From NCBI GenBank assembly GCA_021833245.1, contig JAKBGA010000001.1:7466-71465 (forward strand): a stretch of 64,000 bases of DNA. Direction: 5' to 3'. A program made the translations under genes and the position numbers. Shown piece by piece: positions 29,530 through 38,721 of the stretch (positions are counted from its first letter, which is position 1; every line of letters begins with the position of its first letter). Below the pieces are notes generated by a model. The model was not told the origin of the DNA and did not search any database. It saw nothing but the letters and a program-made list of their open reading frames with translations. The stretch comes from a bacterium (GTDB lineage: Bacteria; Patescibacteriota; Minisyncoccia; Phycocordibacterales; Phycocordibacteraceae).

Positions 29530-29943
29530 TTATTTTGCAGAAGGACGCTTCGCGCCGTAACGCGAGCGTGAGCGACGGCGTTTATCAAGACCAGCGGTGT
29601 CAAGCTTTCCACGCACAATAGTATATTGCACGCCGATATCCTTCACACGTCCGCCACGAAGTAGCACGACTGAGTGCTCCTGAAGATTATGCGTCTCGCC
29701 TGGGATATAAGCGGTAACCTCCATACCATTTGTAAGACGAACGCGTGCGATCTTTCTGATAGCTGAGTTTGGTTTCCTCGGAGTCTTTGTCGTCACTTTA
29801 GTACAAACACCGCGTTTAAAAGGTGATGGATAGAAAGTTGGACGATTCGAGAGTACGTTAAAGCCGCGCGCAAGGGCGGGTACCTTCGTCTTGGACGATT
29901 TGTTCTTGCGGCCTCTCTTCGAGAGCTGATTGATAGTTGCCAT
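29530..29943 (-). CDS. rpsL: 30S ribosomal protein S12
   Basis: PKKPNSALRKV-type motif ([30 protein letters not shown]). Confidence 0.95.
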   Translation of the reverse strand: MATINQLSKRGRKNKSSKTKVPALARGFNVLSNRPTFYPSPFKRGVCTKVTTKTPRKPNSAIRKIARVRLTNGMEVTAYIPGETHNLQEHSVVLLRGGRVKDIGVQYTIVRGKLDTAGLDKRRRSRSRYGAKRPSAK

Positions 29944-30016
29944 GTAGAAAAGAAGACCCGAGGAGGGTCATCAAGTAATATAAAGGAATGCTGCGCGGAA
30001 TGCAACTACAGTACTC

Positions 30017-30790
30017 TTATGTTTCGTCAATCGGTTCGCGATAAGGATCGGATGAGTATGGTCTGACTGTTGGTGGAGCAGGCCGTGTGGACGAAGCGGG
30101 AGGTGTTATACCCGATGAACTTGGGGACATTGGCGAAGACGGCACAGATCGCGATAGAAGTGGCGCCGATGCTTTATTAAATTCAATGTGTGGCTCCTCG
30201 TGATCCTCAAGCAGTTTTTCGCCGGTTGAGAGCTTTGGAGCTGTGTTCGTGGCGGCGTGCACCGCGATCTTCGTGTCGACGAGGGAGGGGGGGGTGATGC
30301 GCCGTGGTACCGGTGGGTGCACAGGACTGGAAGAGGCGACATTGCCCTCTGGATACGAATAGCTTGGCGATTGCAATGGTGGCGCATACGTCGGTGCTGG
30401 CGTGGCCGTCTGTTGGCGGGGTGGAATGGGCTTCTGTGATTTTTCTTGCGCACTTATTGTGACTGCCTCACTCTTCATCTCTTCCTGGAGAGGAACAAAT
30501 ATTTGGTCGTTCACGTCTTGTGCAATACCATCAACGGTTTGTTGATCGAGCTGTGCGTCTTCAGTGAGCGTCTTGATGAATTCCGTAGGATTTTTAAGAC
30601 CGAGAAGAAGCAAAATTATTTCACGTTCCATAATGGTGCCTTGATCAATATGAAGCCGATATTTTTGCATGAGACCCCTTGCAATAACCTCCACCTTCCC
30701 ACTTATGAAAAAAGAACGGATTGGCATCGGCAATTGCGAAACTACTGTTGAAAGATCTTGATCAAATGTTGGTTCCTGTGATGTGTTCAT
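30017..30790 (-). CDS. hypothetical protein with a Pro/Ser-rich low-complexity C-terminal half
   Basis: A 257-aa ORF with a structured N-terminal part of about 110 aa, followed by a PxxP-rich tail. It sits 73 nt upstream of rpsL and 19 nt downstream of the polytopic membrane gene. Confidence 0.45.
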   Translation of the reverse strand: MNTSQEPTFDQDLSTVVSQLPMPIRSFFISGKVEVIARGLMQKYRLHIDQGTIMEREIILLLLGLKNPTEFIKTLTEDAQLDQQTVDGIAQDVNDQIFVPLQEEMKSEAVTISAQEKSQKPIPPRQQTATPAPTYAPPLQSPSYSYPEGNVASSSPVHPPVPRRITPPSLVDTKIAVHAATNTAPKLSTGEKLLEDHEEPHIEFNKASAPLLSRSVPSSPMSPSSSGITPPASSTRPAPPTVRPYSSDPYREPIDET

Positions 30791-30809
30791 AATAAGTAAT
30801 ATTGATTAT

Positions 30810-32852
30810 TTATTCCATATCCTTATCTTCTTTTGCTGCTGCTTTTTTTAAATTCGCGACAAACTCATCAAGCATCCGCTGTTCCTTTGTTTTGCTAATA
30901 TCGGCACTGATACGAGATCCGGCTATATTTGCGGCCGTTCCAAGAATTGGAATCTTACCCCATTTATTCTTAAGCCTGTCTGCATATTCTTGTTTAGAAC
31001 CTTTTTCGGAAGTTACGAAATCAACAGCAGCCTTTATCTTAGCTTCTTCTGCTTGAGCCGCCTCAAAATTCGTGGTTGCTTGCGCGAGTTTCGTACTTGT
31101 CGACGCAAGGTTTTGCTCGCCTGTCGCAAGATTTTTACGTGCGGTTCCTAATTGTCGTTCGGTTTCTTGCGCGGGAGCGTCATTGACGTGAAATGCGTCA
31201 TTTCTTGCTTTTTCTTTCTCGAGACGTTCAACTTCCTCTTTCAACCTTGCCTGTTCCTGTTTGGCTGTTTCGTGTTCGTCTTTTGCCGTACTATGCGCGG
31301 CCGCCACCTCTGCCGTTTTATCTGATGCTTTTTTGAGCGACTTTGTTTCCTCAGCGGTTCTACCACGACCTTTCACGTCAGCTGCTATTTTGTTGTACGA
31401 TTTTACGCTGGAATTAAGGTCTGCGGTATAGCCGCCCTTATGCCCTTTCCCGAGATCGAGACCGGCTCCTCTTGCCATTCCGGCTAATTTCGTGTTGCGA
31501 ACGTCAAAGCTCGCATTCGCCACTCGCTTTTCAAGTGTATCCGCGATACCCCTGCCGACAAAGGTGCGGCCGAATGCCGTGTTACTCAATTTTTTTGCGG
31601 CATAACTACCACCAAGCCCTATAGTGTGTCGTCCCGTCCAGCCAATGCCACCTGCAGCAAGAGTTGCTCCGGAGAGTTTACTGGCTAGCTTAGTCGCCCC
31701 CGCAGCACCGATAGCACCCAGGTCCTTCGCCTTGATGGTTACGTAGAGTAGGAGTCCCATTGCGACGAGGAAGGAAAGCAATATTCCAGCGAAACCGGTA
31801 AGATTTGTGTTATTCAAGAACCCGAGCCACCCTCCAGACGCCACATTAAACCCAGTAATGAAATGCGCATCGGTAATAACGGCAAGCGCAACGTAAAGTA
31901 GAAGGAGGAGAACTGGTGCCGTTATAGTTTGCTTAAAAAGCGCATCACGCCACTCTTTCGATTTTCCAGAGAGCGCGGGTACTGCAAAGCCCGCAAAACC
32001 AACCGGTGAAAGAATGATGAGAAAGATAAGTGCGACAAAACGCGCGATGAGTATAAACGCGAGCGAAAACATCACAAATGCCGTGGTCATAAATAGTATG
32101 ATGCTCAAAAATCCAATGAGCCATGAGTGATTGCCTGTGTAGATAGATGGATTACTCGTTGGATATAGGGTTGAAAATCCCAATTGAGACATGATTGCAG
32201 TCGAGATTCCTTCGTTCGAAGGACTCGTATTCGCCAATGAGGCAGGCGTCGGCAAAGAGCCTCCATTAATTTGCGTATAGAACTGGGTTGCAAGAAGATT
32301 GCCTACATCGATCACTGCCTCAGACAGGAAGAGGGAAAAATTAAGGAAGATTGCTGAAATGAGCAGAGCGGGAAGCATCTTTTTCCCCCATCCATAAAAA
32401 TCAAGATCGAGAATCGTTGCAATTCCAGCGGCAAGAAAGCCGAATATTAAAAATATATTTCCGAGATCGCGCATGATTCTCCATGCGGTGCCAACGGCGG
32501 AAAGGTGTGTAACATAGGCACCCATGTTTATAACGGTATAGTATACCGAGTAGTCAAGCGTGAGTGCCGCGACACCAACGAGCCAGGCAAATAGACTTAC
32601 AATCCACGTCATAATGCTATTAAATCCGCTAGCGGTAGTCTGTCCTGGATTTGAATTAATAGGCGAATCTGAGCCGAGGGGAACTGAGGCACTCGCTGAT
32701 ACCGATGTAGCTGGCGCGACTGTAACTGTGGAGGATGCAGCATGTACAGCGTGCGCAATACCCACCGTACTTGTAATGAGTGCTAGGGTTATGATCGAAA
32801 TGAAGAGGAAGCGACGCATAATTATCCGCCGAGAGATGCCGGCAAGGTGCAA
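30810..32852 (-). CDS. polytopic membrane protein with signal peptide and long charged coiled-coil C-terminal tail (TrbL/VirB6-like architecture; assignment tentative)
   Basis: Signal peptide, a Ser/Thr linker, about 6-8 TM helices, then about 230 aa of K/E/A-rich tail. The start may be the second Met (about 32819), 2 nt after the upstream gene's stop. Confidence 0.5.
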   Translation of the reverse strand: MHLAGISRRIIMRRFLFISIITLALITSTVGIAHAVHAASSTVTVAPATSVSASASVPLGSDSPINSNPGQTTASGFNSIMTWIVSLFAWLVGVAALTLDYSVYYTVINMGAYVTHLSAVGTAWRIMRDLGNIFLIFGFLAAGIATILDLDFYGWGKKMLPALLISAIFLNFSLFLSEAVIDVGNLLATQFYTQINGGSLPTPASLANTSPSNEGISTAIMSQLGFSTLYPTSNPSIYTGNHSWLIGFLSIILFMTTAFVMFSLAFILIARFVALIFLIILSPVGFAGFAVPALSGKSKEWRDALFKQTITAPVLLLLLYVALAVITDAHFITGFNVASGGWLGFLNNTNLTGFAGILLSFLVAMGLLLYVTIKAKDLGAIGAAGATKLASKLSGATLAAGGIGWTGRHTIGLGGSYAAKKLSNTAFGRTFVGRGIADTLEKRVANASFDVRNTKLAGMARGAGLDLGKGHKGGYTADLNSSVKSYNKIAADVKGRGRTAEETKSLKKASDKTAEVAAAHSTAKDEHETAKQEQARLKEEVERLEKEKARNDAFHVNDAPAQETERQLGTARKNLATGEQNLASTSTKLAQATTNFEAAQAEEAKIKAAVDFVTSEKGSKQEYADRLKNKWGKIPILGTAANIAGSRISADISKTKEQRMLDEFVANLKKAAAKEDKDME

Positions 32853-34576
32853 ACTGCGCGCAATGTGGCCGAATTCGCGTTTGTACTAATTAGATTCATT
32901 TGATCGACGAGTGTGCCGCCCGAGACCGTAAGCGAGACGGTATTTGCTGGAGTCGATGTCGCTCCTCCGAAGACCTGTGCGTTTTGCTGCGCACTTGCAA
33001 CATCATTTGCTGAAGGGGGCATTCCGGCGAGAGTTTGAGTATCAGTACCTAATGTGGAAGAATCTGTCGTATCTACCGTCTCGATTTTGTTCACGAGTGC
33101 TTGCGTAGGCGCAACATAGCCGAGCGCATTCTGTGCCTGTGTTATCACGGGATTTATTTCGGTCTGAATTGCGGCCTGTGCCGCGTTCGCTTCAGCCGTT
33201 GAGGAGGCGATAAACGTCATGAGTTCTGAATTTGAGATTTGCGATAAGGTTGGATTGCCGCTTGTGAAAGCGGTCGACGGTGATGAGGAAGAAACTTCCA
33301 GAGAAGTATTCGCTGCATTTGCGGCTGCTGTGCAAAAACTTGCGAGTGACGCCGCGCTTGTCGAGGCATTATTCGCGGCGGATGCGATCGTGTCCCACGC
33401 AGTTGTATAACTTGTAACGTTATTTGATACCGTCTGTGCCATTGCAGTCGCCGCTGCCGCCACGGATGTCGTATCTGGTGAGTAGTTATTTAGTTGTGTA
33501 GAAAGAGATGGGCTCACTGAACTTGAAGACTGTGAAGCTCCGAGGAGACCATTAACACCCCCCATTACTTGACTAAAGATGTCTCCTACAATCGCGCTAA
33601 GTGCACCATCGATTTGGTTTGCAGAGATAAGTTGCGCATATTCTTGACTGAAACCTGCGTCAACAACAGCCTTTTGCGCGTAACCGGAAATAACGGAACC
33701 CGGAGTCTCCACATAGCCAGGGGAGCCATCTTTATTGAAACAGGTAGCGCTCGTGGTAAATCCATTTGATGTTGGTGTAAATCCGCTATTTGTTGATGTG
33801 GTGGGATCGTAGGTAGGAGGTCCTCCGCCACACCATGAAAGAAATCCTCCTGATTGGAGCAGATCTTGTTGTCGATTCCCTTGCGCTTGACTCACGAGAG
33901 CGCCGAGTTGGCCCTGTGCCGCTTGATCGAGCATATAGGGGTTATTTTGAGACTCGGTTGTAAGCGCGAGCCATGAACCAACACCTCCTTGCGACCAGTT
34001 ACCCGCGAGATAAGAATTTATATCGGGAGATGATTGGTCAAGTGTGCACTGATTCGCCGCGTAGAAACCGGCGAGATCTGTCCCACGCACGTAAGAATTC
34101 TGAAGTGATTCAGCGATTGCACTCCCGAATGGCGAATTAAATACACCCTGGGAGATTTCGCCTATGAAAGGTTCTGCGACTGCATCTCCAACCGCTTGTA
34201 AATTCACTGCAATATTCGGTACAAATGATGGTTGACCAGTACTATTAGATCCATTGATGAAGTTAATTATGCGTGCCGTCATGCTTTGCAAGAGTGTTTT
34301 AATAGCCGCCTGAGCCAATGGGATAAGTATTATTGAATTTATGCACGAACCTAAAGTCGCACCTGCCGACATGTTTGTCGTCATATCCTCTACCCCAGAG
34401 TTATTGGGAACACTTGCGGCGCTACTGAATGCGCTGGCGGCGGCGCTAACAAGACCCCCCATACAACTTGGCCCGGAAGCTAATACCGGCTGCGGTGCAC
34501 TGAAAAATACTGCGGATACCACAAGCGTGAGAGTGAGTAGTATCGCGAGCACGTTGGTAAAAGGTTTTTTGCTCAT
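32822..34576 (-). CDS. secreted Ser/Ala/Thr/Asn-rich surface protein (unknown function)
   Basis: N-terminal signal peptide (LAILLTLTLVVSAVFFSAPQPVLASG) and a 584-aa low-complexity polar sequence with scattered Cys. Its ends overlap both neighbouring genes, implying translational coupling. Confidence 0.5.
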   Translation of the reverse strand: MSKKPFTNVLAILLTLTLVVSAVFFSAPQPVLASGPSCMGGLVSAAASAFSSAASVPNNSGVEDMTTNMSAGATLGSCINSIILIPLAQAAIKTLLQSMTARIINFINGSNSTGQPSFVPNIAVNLQAVGDAVAEPFIGEISQGVFNSPFGSAIAESLQNSYVRGTDLAGFYAANQCTLDQSSPDINSYLAGNWSQGGVGSWLALTTESQNNPYMLDQAAQGQLGALVSQAQGNRQQDLLQSGGFLSWCGGGPPTYDPTTSTNSGFTPTSNGFTTSATCFNKDGSPGYVETPGSVISGYAQKAVVDAGFSQEYAQLISANQIDGALSAIVGDIFSQVMGGVNGLLGASQSSSSVSPSLSTQLNNYSPDTTSVAAAATAMAQTVSNNVTSYTTAWDTIASAANNASTSAASLASFCTAAANAANTSLEVSSSSPSTAFTSGNPTLSQISNSELMTFIASSTAEANAAQAAIQTEINPVITQAQNALGYVAPTQALVNKIETVDTTDSSTLGTDTQTLAGMPPSANDVASAQQNAQVFGGATSTPANTVSLTVSGGTLVDQMNLISTNANSATLRAVCTLPASLGG

Positions 34577-35628
34577 TGTTTTCCAGTCGCAGCCTGTTGT
34601 CGCGCGGTCAGATTAGCCATGGCATTTACAAATAACGCCCCTGGCGTTCCGGCAGGAAGCGTGACACCCGCCACCGCGTAAATATTGGCAAGGGTGGTAA
34701 ACGCGTCCTCGACATTGAGTTCCGTCGAGGGGTACTGTTGAAGTGCGAATATCGTAGCCAAAGGGTCGGTGTTTACTCGTGCAAAGTCTGCGTAAATTTC
34801 ACTCAGACGCATAATCGAGTTTATGATTACCAGATCGACAGGCGCAAGTTCTTGCGGCACTTGAAGCACCGCAATTCCGCTAGCTAATTTTCTATACGCA
34901 TTTGAAAGTGTGACGAGGTTGGCAAGTGCGGAGGTGTTACCGTCTTCCACGACAGACTGCAAATATCCGACTCCACTCATCGTCGTGTTAACTGCATTTT
35001 CTTTTAATACCGCTCCCGCTGCGACTGCAAAATTCTTAAGCGCAGAAGTTCCCGTACCGTAAACCGCAAGGTCTTTCGCATTTTTGAAATCAGCCGTTAA
35101 TGACACTTGCTGCAAAAGTTGGGTTATAGCCTGCTCGGCGAGAGTATTTTCCTGACTAGCCGTGAGACCGACACCGCCGTTTGTCTGTTCCGCCGAAAGG
35201 TAGAGTGTGAAAAAATCTTTCGCAAAAGTATCGGTTAGGGTGCCTTCGGTCGGAGCGGTGAGTCCGTATGTGGCATAGTCAATGCTGGTACTTGCCACGG
35301 GTGTTGAGGTTGCAATTGGAATATCTGCGATTGCTTTGGGGACAATGAGACCTTTTGCAACAGCTTCTCCATCAGTCATACCGAGGTGGAAATAGTCGGT
35401 GGTGGTGCTATTTACGGGAATTCCATATAGCGGTTTCTCCCAGTCAGGAAGGCCGTCACCATTTGAATCTTTTGTGGCTATTGCTTGCAAGAGAGCCGTT
35501 TCGGTAAACGCCTGCGCCACGGGTGGATCCCCGACACCACGCGCAAGCACGTATACACCAACAATAAGCGCAATTGAGAAAAGCGTTGCGGCTGGAACTC
35601 TCCAATTTCTAAGAAATTTTCCCCTCAT
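34573..35628 (-). CDS. bitopic membrane/secreted protein with an Asp-rich Ca-binding-like loop (unknown function; VirB8/TcpC-like topology is speculative)
   Basis: An N-terminal TM helix followed by an extracytoplasmic domain containing DSNGDGLPDWEKP. It is the first gene of the minus-strand run 35628 to 30017. Confidence 0.45.
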   Translation of the reverse strand: MRGKFLRNWRVPAATLFSIALIVGVYVLARGVGDPPVAQAFTETALLQAIATKDSNGDGLPDWEKPLYGIPVNSTTTDYFHLGMTDGEAVAKGLIVPKAIADIPIATSTPVASTSIDYATYGLTAPTEGTLTDTFAKDFFTLYLSAEQTNGGVGLTASQENTLAEQAITQLLQQVSLTADFKNAKDLAVYGTGTSALKNFAVAAGAVLKENAVNTTMSGVGYLQSVVEDGNTSALANLVTLSNAYRKLASGIAVLQVPQELAPVDLVIINSIMRLSEIYADFARVNTDPLATIFALQQYPSTELNVEDAFTTLANIYAVAGVTLPAGTPGALFVNAMANLTARQQAATGKQ

Positions 35629-35704
35629 ACGTATGCTGCCCTTAAAGTATAGCAGTCATGACGAAAAGAACTGTCGTAATCTGTGCATATGATATTATTT
35701 CACC

Positions 35705-36679
35705 ATGAAAAAAATCGTGCGGATCTGTTTACTGGGAATCAGTGTTTCTCTTGGTTTTATTTTTCTTTGTGGAAGCATTCAGAAGGTATCGGCTACTTCT
35801 GTTTTATTTGACCGCCCACTTATGATTGGCTCTCAGGGAAAAGATGTCTACGCGTTACAAAAAATCCTCAACAAGAATCCGGCAACACGCATACAGGGTG
35901 TCGGACCTGGATCCCCAGGGAAAGAAACTTTCTATTTCGGCTATCTTACGCAAAATGCCGTCATTCGTTTTCAGGACAAATATGCAGACGAAATCCTAGC
36001 GCCTGCAGGGCTTACCCAAGGCAGTGGATATGTCGGATATTACACGATGGATAAACTCAATGCACTTTCAACAGTAAACCCGAATTCTCAAACTATACCG
36101 TTAGCGGCTTCATCAACCGTGTTGTCTCAAAATCCGAATTTGGCTCACCTGAATGAATTCATCGCAGCAATAGATGCGCTTGGGAAGAAGCAAGGGATGG
36201 ACGCCACAAAACTCATATCTATCGAAAAAGCCATACGAACGACCGCGGCCTCCTCCACGACTGACTTTCGAAAAGAATTTCTCAAGGAGGCGCCGCTCGC
36301 AATCGCAGGAACAGCATATTCCTCCATGCCAGGATTCCCGGGCATCATCCGGGATGTTTTAGTATCCCTAGGTCTCGTCCATGTTGCGGAAGCAGGAAGT
36401 GGTGTTCCATTTGGAGGCGCACTCACATACGCAATTCCCTGCACATGTGCAGAGGGTGTCTGGTATATTTTTATCCGACCGCTACCTCCCTCATACGCAA
36501 CACTCTTGAGTTATGAAACGGGAACCCAATTATTCGAAAGTTACAACACACCAATGACAACTGAACTGCTTGGATTCTATACACCCGGTCCGCCTGCGTG
36601 TTGGTTTTATGCTGGGGTAACTTGCGCTTTTCTTCCCCAGGAAGGCCTCATTTCTCCCGTGCTCGGTTCTGCTCCGTAG
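35705..36679 (+). CDS. secreted peptidoglycan-binding domain protein (PG_binding_1) with Cys-containing C-terminal domain
   Basis: Signal peptide, then GSQGKDVYALQKILNK...FGYLTQNAVIRFQDKYA, the classic PGBD1 helix pair. It is divergent from the envelope operon, and its 3' end overlaps rsmA convergently by about 30 nt. Confidence 0.65.
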   Translation: MKKIVRICLLGISVSLGFIFLCGSIQKVSATSVLFDRPLMIGSQGKDVYALQKILNKNPATRIQGVGPGSPGKETFYFGYLTQNAVIRFQDKYADEILAPAGLTQGSGYVGYYTMDKLNALSTVNPNSQTIPLAASSTVLSQNPNLAHLNEFIAAIDALGKKQGMDATKLISIEKAIRTTAASSTTDFRKEFLKEAPLAIAGTAYSSMPGFPGIIRDVLVSLGLVHVAEAGSGVPFGGALTYAIPCTCAEGVWYIFIRPLPPSYATLLSYETGTQLFESYNTPMTTELLGFYTPGPPACWFYAGVTCAFLPQEGLISPVLGSAP

Positions 36680-37418
36680 AAAGCGCGAGCCACGCAGACA
36701 GCGACAGGTCTTCCGCGCGCGCCTTTTCCGGAATGTTCCCAGGAGAAAATCCCGCTTCGAGGAAATTTTTCCGCACAAATTTACGTTTATGTGCGAATCC
36801 TGCATGCAAAAGTTTGAAGAATTGTTTTTCTTCATTATGTGTAGAAAAACTCTTCCGTGAAATATTGCGGATAGTGAGCACAGCCGAATCCACCTTCGGT
36901 GCTGGTTTGAAAGCGCCGTGTGGAACTGTAAATTCATACTTTGGCGTACCGTACGCCTTCACTGAAAGCGAAAGGATGCTCTCTTTTTTTGAGCACGCAA
37001 TACGACGAACAACTTCCTTCTGTACCAAAAGAGTTATCGAGCTCGGTTGATTGCTTGATTCAAGGAACATGCGGAATATCTCGCCTGTAAGATAGTACGG
37101 TATGTTTGCGACAAGAACGTAGCCCTCTGGGAGTATCGTGGGATTGAAGGTGCGAATATCGCCTTCGGAAAGCTCGAGACGGCCTTCGGTAATCTCAGGC
37201 GCGAAATCAATACGCAGTTTTTTGAAAAGCTCCGGATCAGCTTCAAGCGCGATAACCTTCCTTGCCCGTTTTAAGAGTTCCCGCGTGAGCATGCCCGTCC
37301 CAGGGCCGATTTCAAACACGACTGCGTTATTCGCAAGCTCAGCAACCAGTGCGATGCGCTCTGCAATTCGCGCATGTACCAGAAAGTTCTGCCCGAGCGA
37401 TTTTTTAGCATACACCAT
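36648..37418 (-). CDS. rsmA: 16S rRNA (adenine1518/1519-N6)-dimethyltransferase
   Basis: LGQNFLVHARIAERI...VFEIGPGTGMLTRELL is the KsgA SAM-binding motif. Confidence 0.9.
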   Translation of the reverse strand: MVYAKKSLGQNFLVHARIAERIALVAELANNAVVFEIGPGTGMLTRELLKRARKVIALEADPELFKKLRIDFAPEITEGRLELSEGDIRTFNPTILPEGYVLVANIPYYLTGEIFRMFLESSNQPSSITLLVQKEVVRRIACSKKESILSLSVKAYGTPKYEFTVPHGAFKPAPKVDSAVLTIRNISRKSFSTHNEEKQFFKLLHAGFAHKRKFVRKNFLEAGFSPGNIPEKARAEDLSLSAWLALSTEQNRAREK

Positions 37419-37651
37419 ACTCCTGATGATAGCCTGTTCCTTGGCATTTTTCCGTATGTTGACAACTGGCGATGCGATACATATTCATCTACACAACCTA
37501 GCTTGGTAAATGCACAGACGTCACTATAGATTGATTGAGTGATGTCAGACTGAATGCTCGTCTTTTCTACAATTATAGCTTATTTCGTCGTAAATCCTAA
37601 CGCGATGTCTACATTGTTTTGAATGAATGGGCCCGTGGAAGAAATGATGAC

Positions 37652-38665
37652 CTACTGTTGAGTCGTAGTGGAATTCACATTGGGTTCATTGCCTATTAGG
37701 CTAGGCATAAAAAACGTAAAAAAGTAGTAGAAAGAGGCAAGGAGGACCAACAATCCCACAATGCCACTAGCGATGGGAAACCTTCGACCGGACGTCGGCT
37801 GCCTCGCGGCAAGTGCGGGTTTAAGAGTCGTGAGATTTTGATAGATTTTATAAAGATAAACGGCAGAAAAAGTGTTGATGAGCAACGTGATTATTGTGTT
37901 AATTATTATAAGCAACGTTATTTCTCCAGGCATGGTTATAAAAACAACACTTAGTAGCACCCTTAGTAGGTATATAGGTATGGTACATATATAGAGTAGT
38001 AAAAGTCTTACACAAATATCCCACCAATAACCCCGCACATACTCACGACTCTGGAGTAGCGCATTTAGCCCGCGTTTCCCTTCGATAACCAGCACGAAAG
38101 GACTGAATGAAAACCATATAGACATTATGACGCCCGGAACGATAAGCATGACAAAGCCGCCAGTCATAACGAAAAATATGAGAATCGCCACCCAGAGCAC
38201 GGAGAAAAGTAAGGAGAAACCAGCGCGAAATGATTGCATAATCCCGTCTCCCTTAGATAGAGCGTAGATGACACCCGTACTCGCAGGGAAAAGAAGCAAC
38301 AGGCTTAGAATATAGGCGAGACTCTGTGCCATTCCACCCATGATTTGCCCAAATCCTAAAAGAAGATAGGGAATGCCGATGAGTACTATGAGGGTCAGGA
38401 AGTGTTCTTTGTAAAGTGCGAAAGAATCTGAGAAAAGCTGTCCGATCGAGGCGAGCTCTTGGTTATTGCCAATCTGATTGGAAGGTATTACCGTTCGATC
38501 TCCATTTGACAATGGGGTTGGCGGTTGAGTCACGGTTGGATTCAGAGCCTCATTCACATCGGAAGCCTGCCATCCAGCGGCAATAAGGGATTTTGAAATT
38601 TCTTCTTTTGAGACCCCGGCGGCAAGCTGCTGCCGAACGTAGTCAAGGAGCTGTTGGTTAATCAT
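37652..38665 (-). CDS. polytopic membrane protein sharing the about 40-aa N-terminal module with the BNR protein
   Basis: The N-terminus (LLDYVRQQLAAGVSKEEISKSLIAAGWQASDVNEAL) is about 50% identical to the N-terminus of the 24765-26126 protein. A Pro/Thr linker and about 7 TM helices follow. Confidence 0.55.
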   Translation of the reverse strand: MINQQLLDYVRQQLAAGVSKEEISKSLIAAGWQASDVNEALNPTVTQPPTPLSNGDRTVIPSNQIGNNQELASIGQLFSDSFALYKEHFLTLIVLIGIPYLLLGFGQIMGGMAQSLAYILSLLLLFPASTGVIYALSKGDGIMQSFRAGFSLLFSVLWVAILIFFVMTGGFVMLIVPGVIMSIWFSFSPFVLVIEGKRGLNALLQSREYVRGYWWDICVRLLLLYICTIPIYLLRVLLSVVFITMPGEITLLIIINTIITLLINTFSAVYLYKIYQNLTTLKPALAARQPTSGRRFPIASGIVGLLVLLASFYYFFTFFMPSLIGNEPNVNSTTTQQ

Positions 38666-38721
38666 TGAAACTAATTATGGCAGATAAATTATCAGAAAAT
38701 TGGTTATCCACAGGGAGGTAT

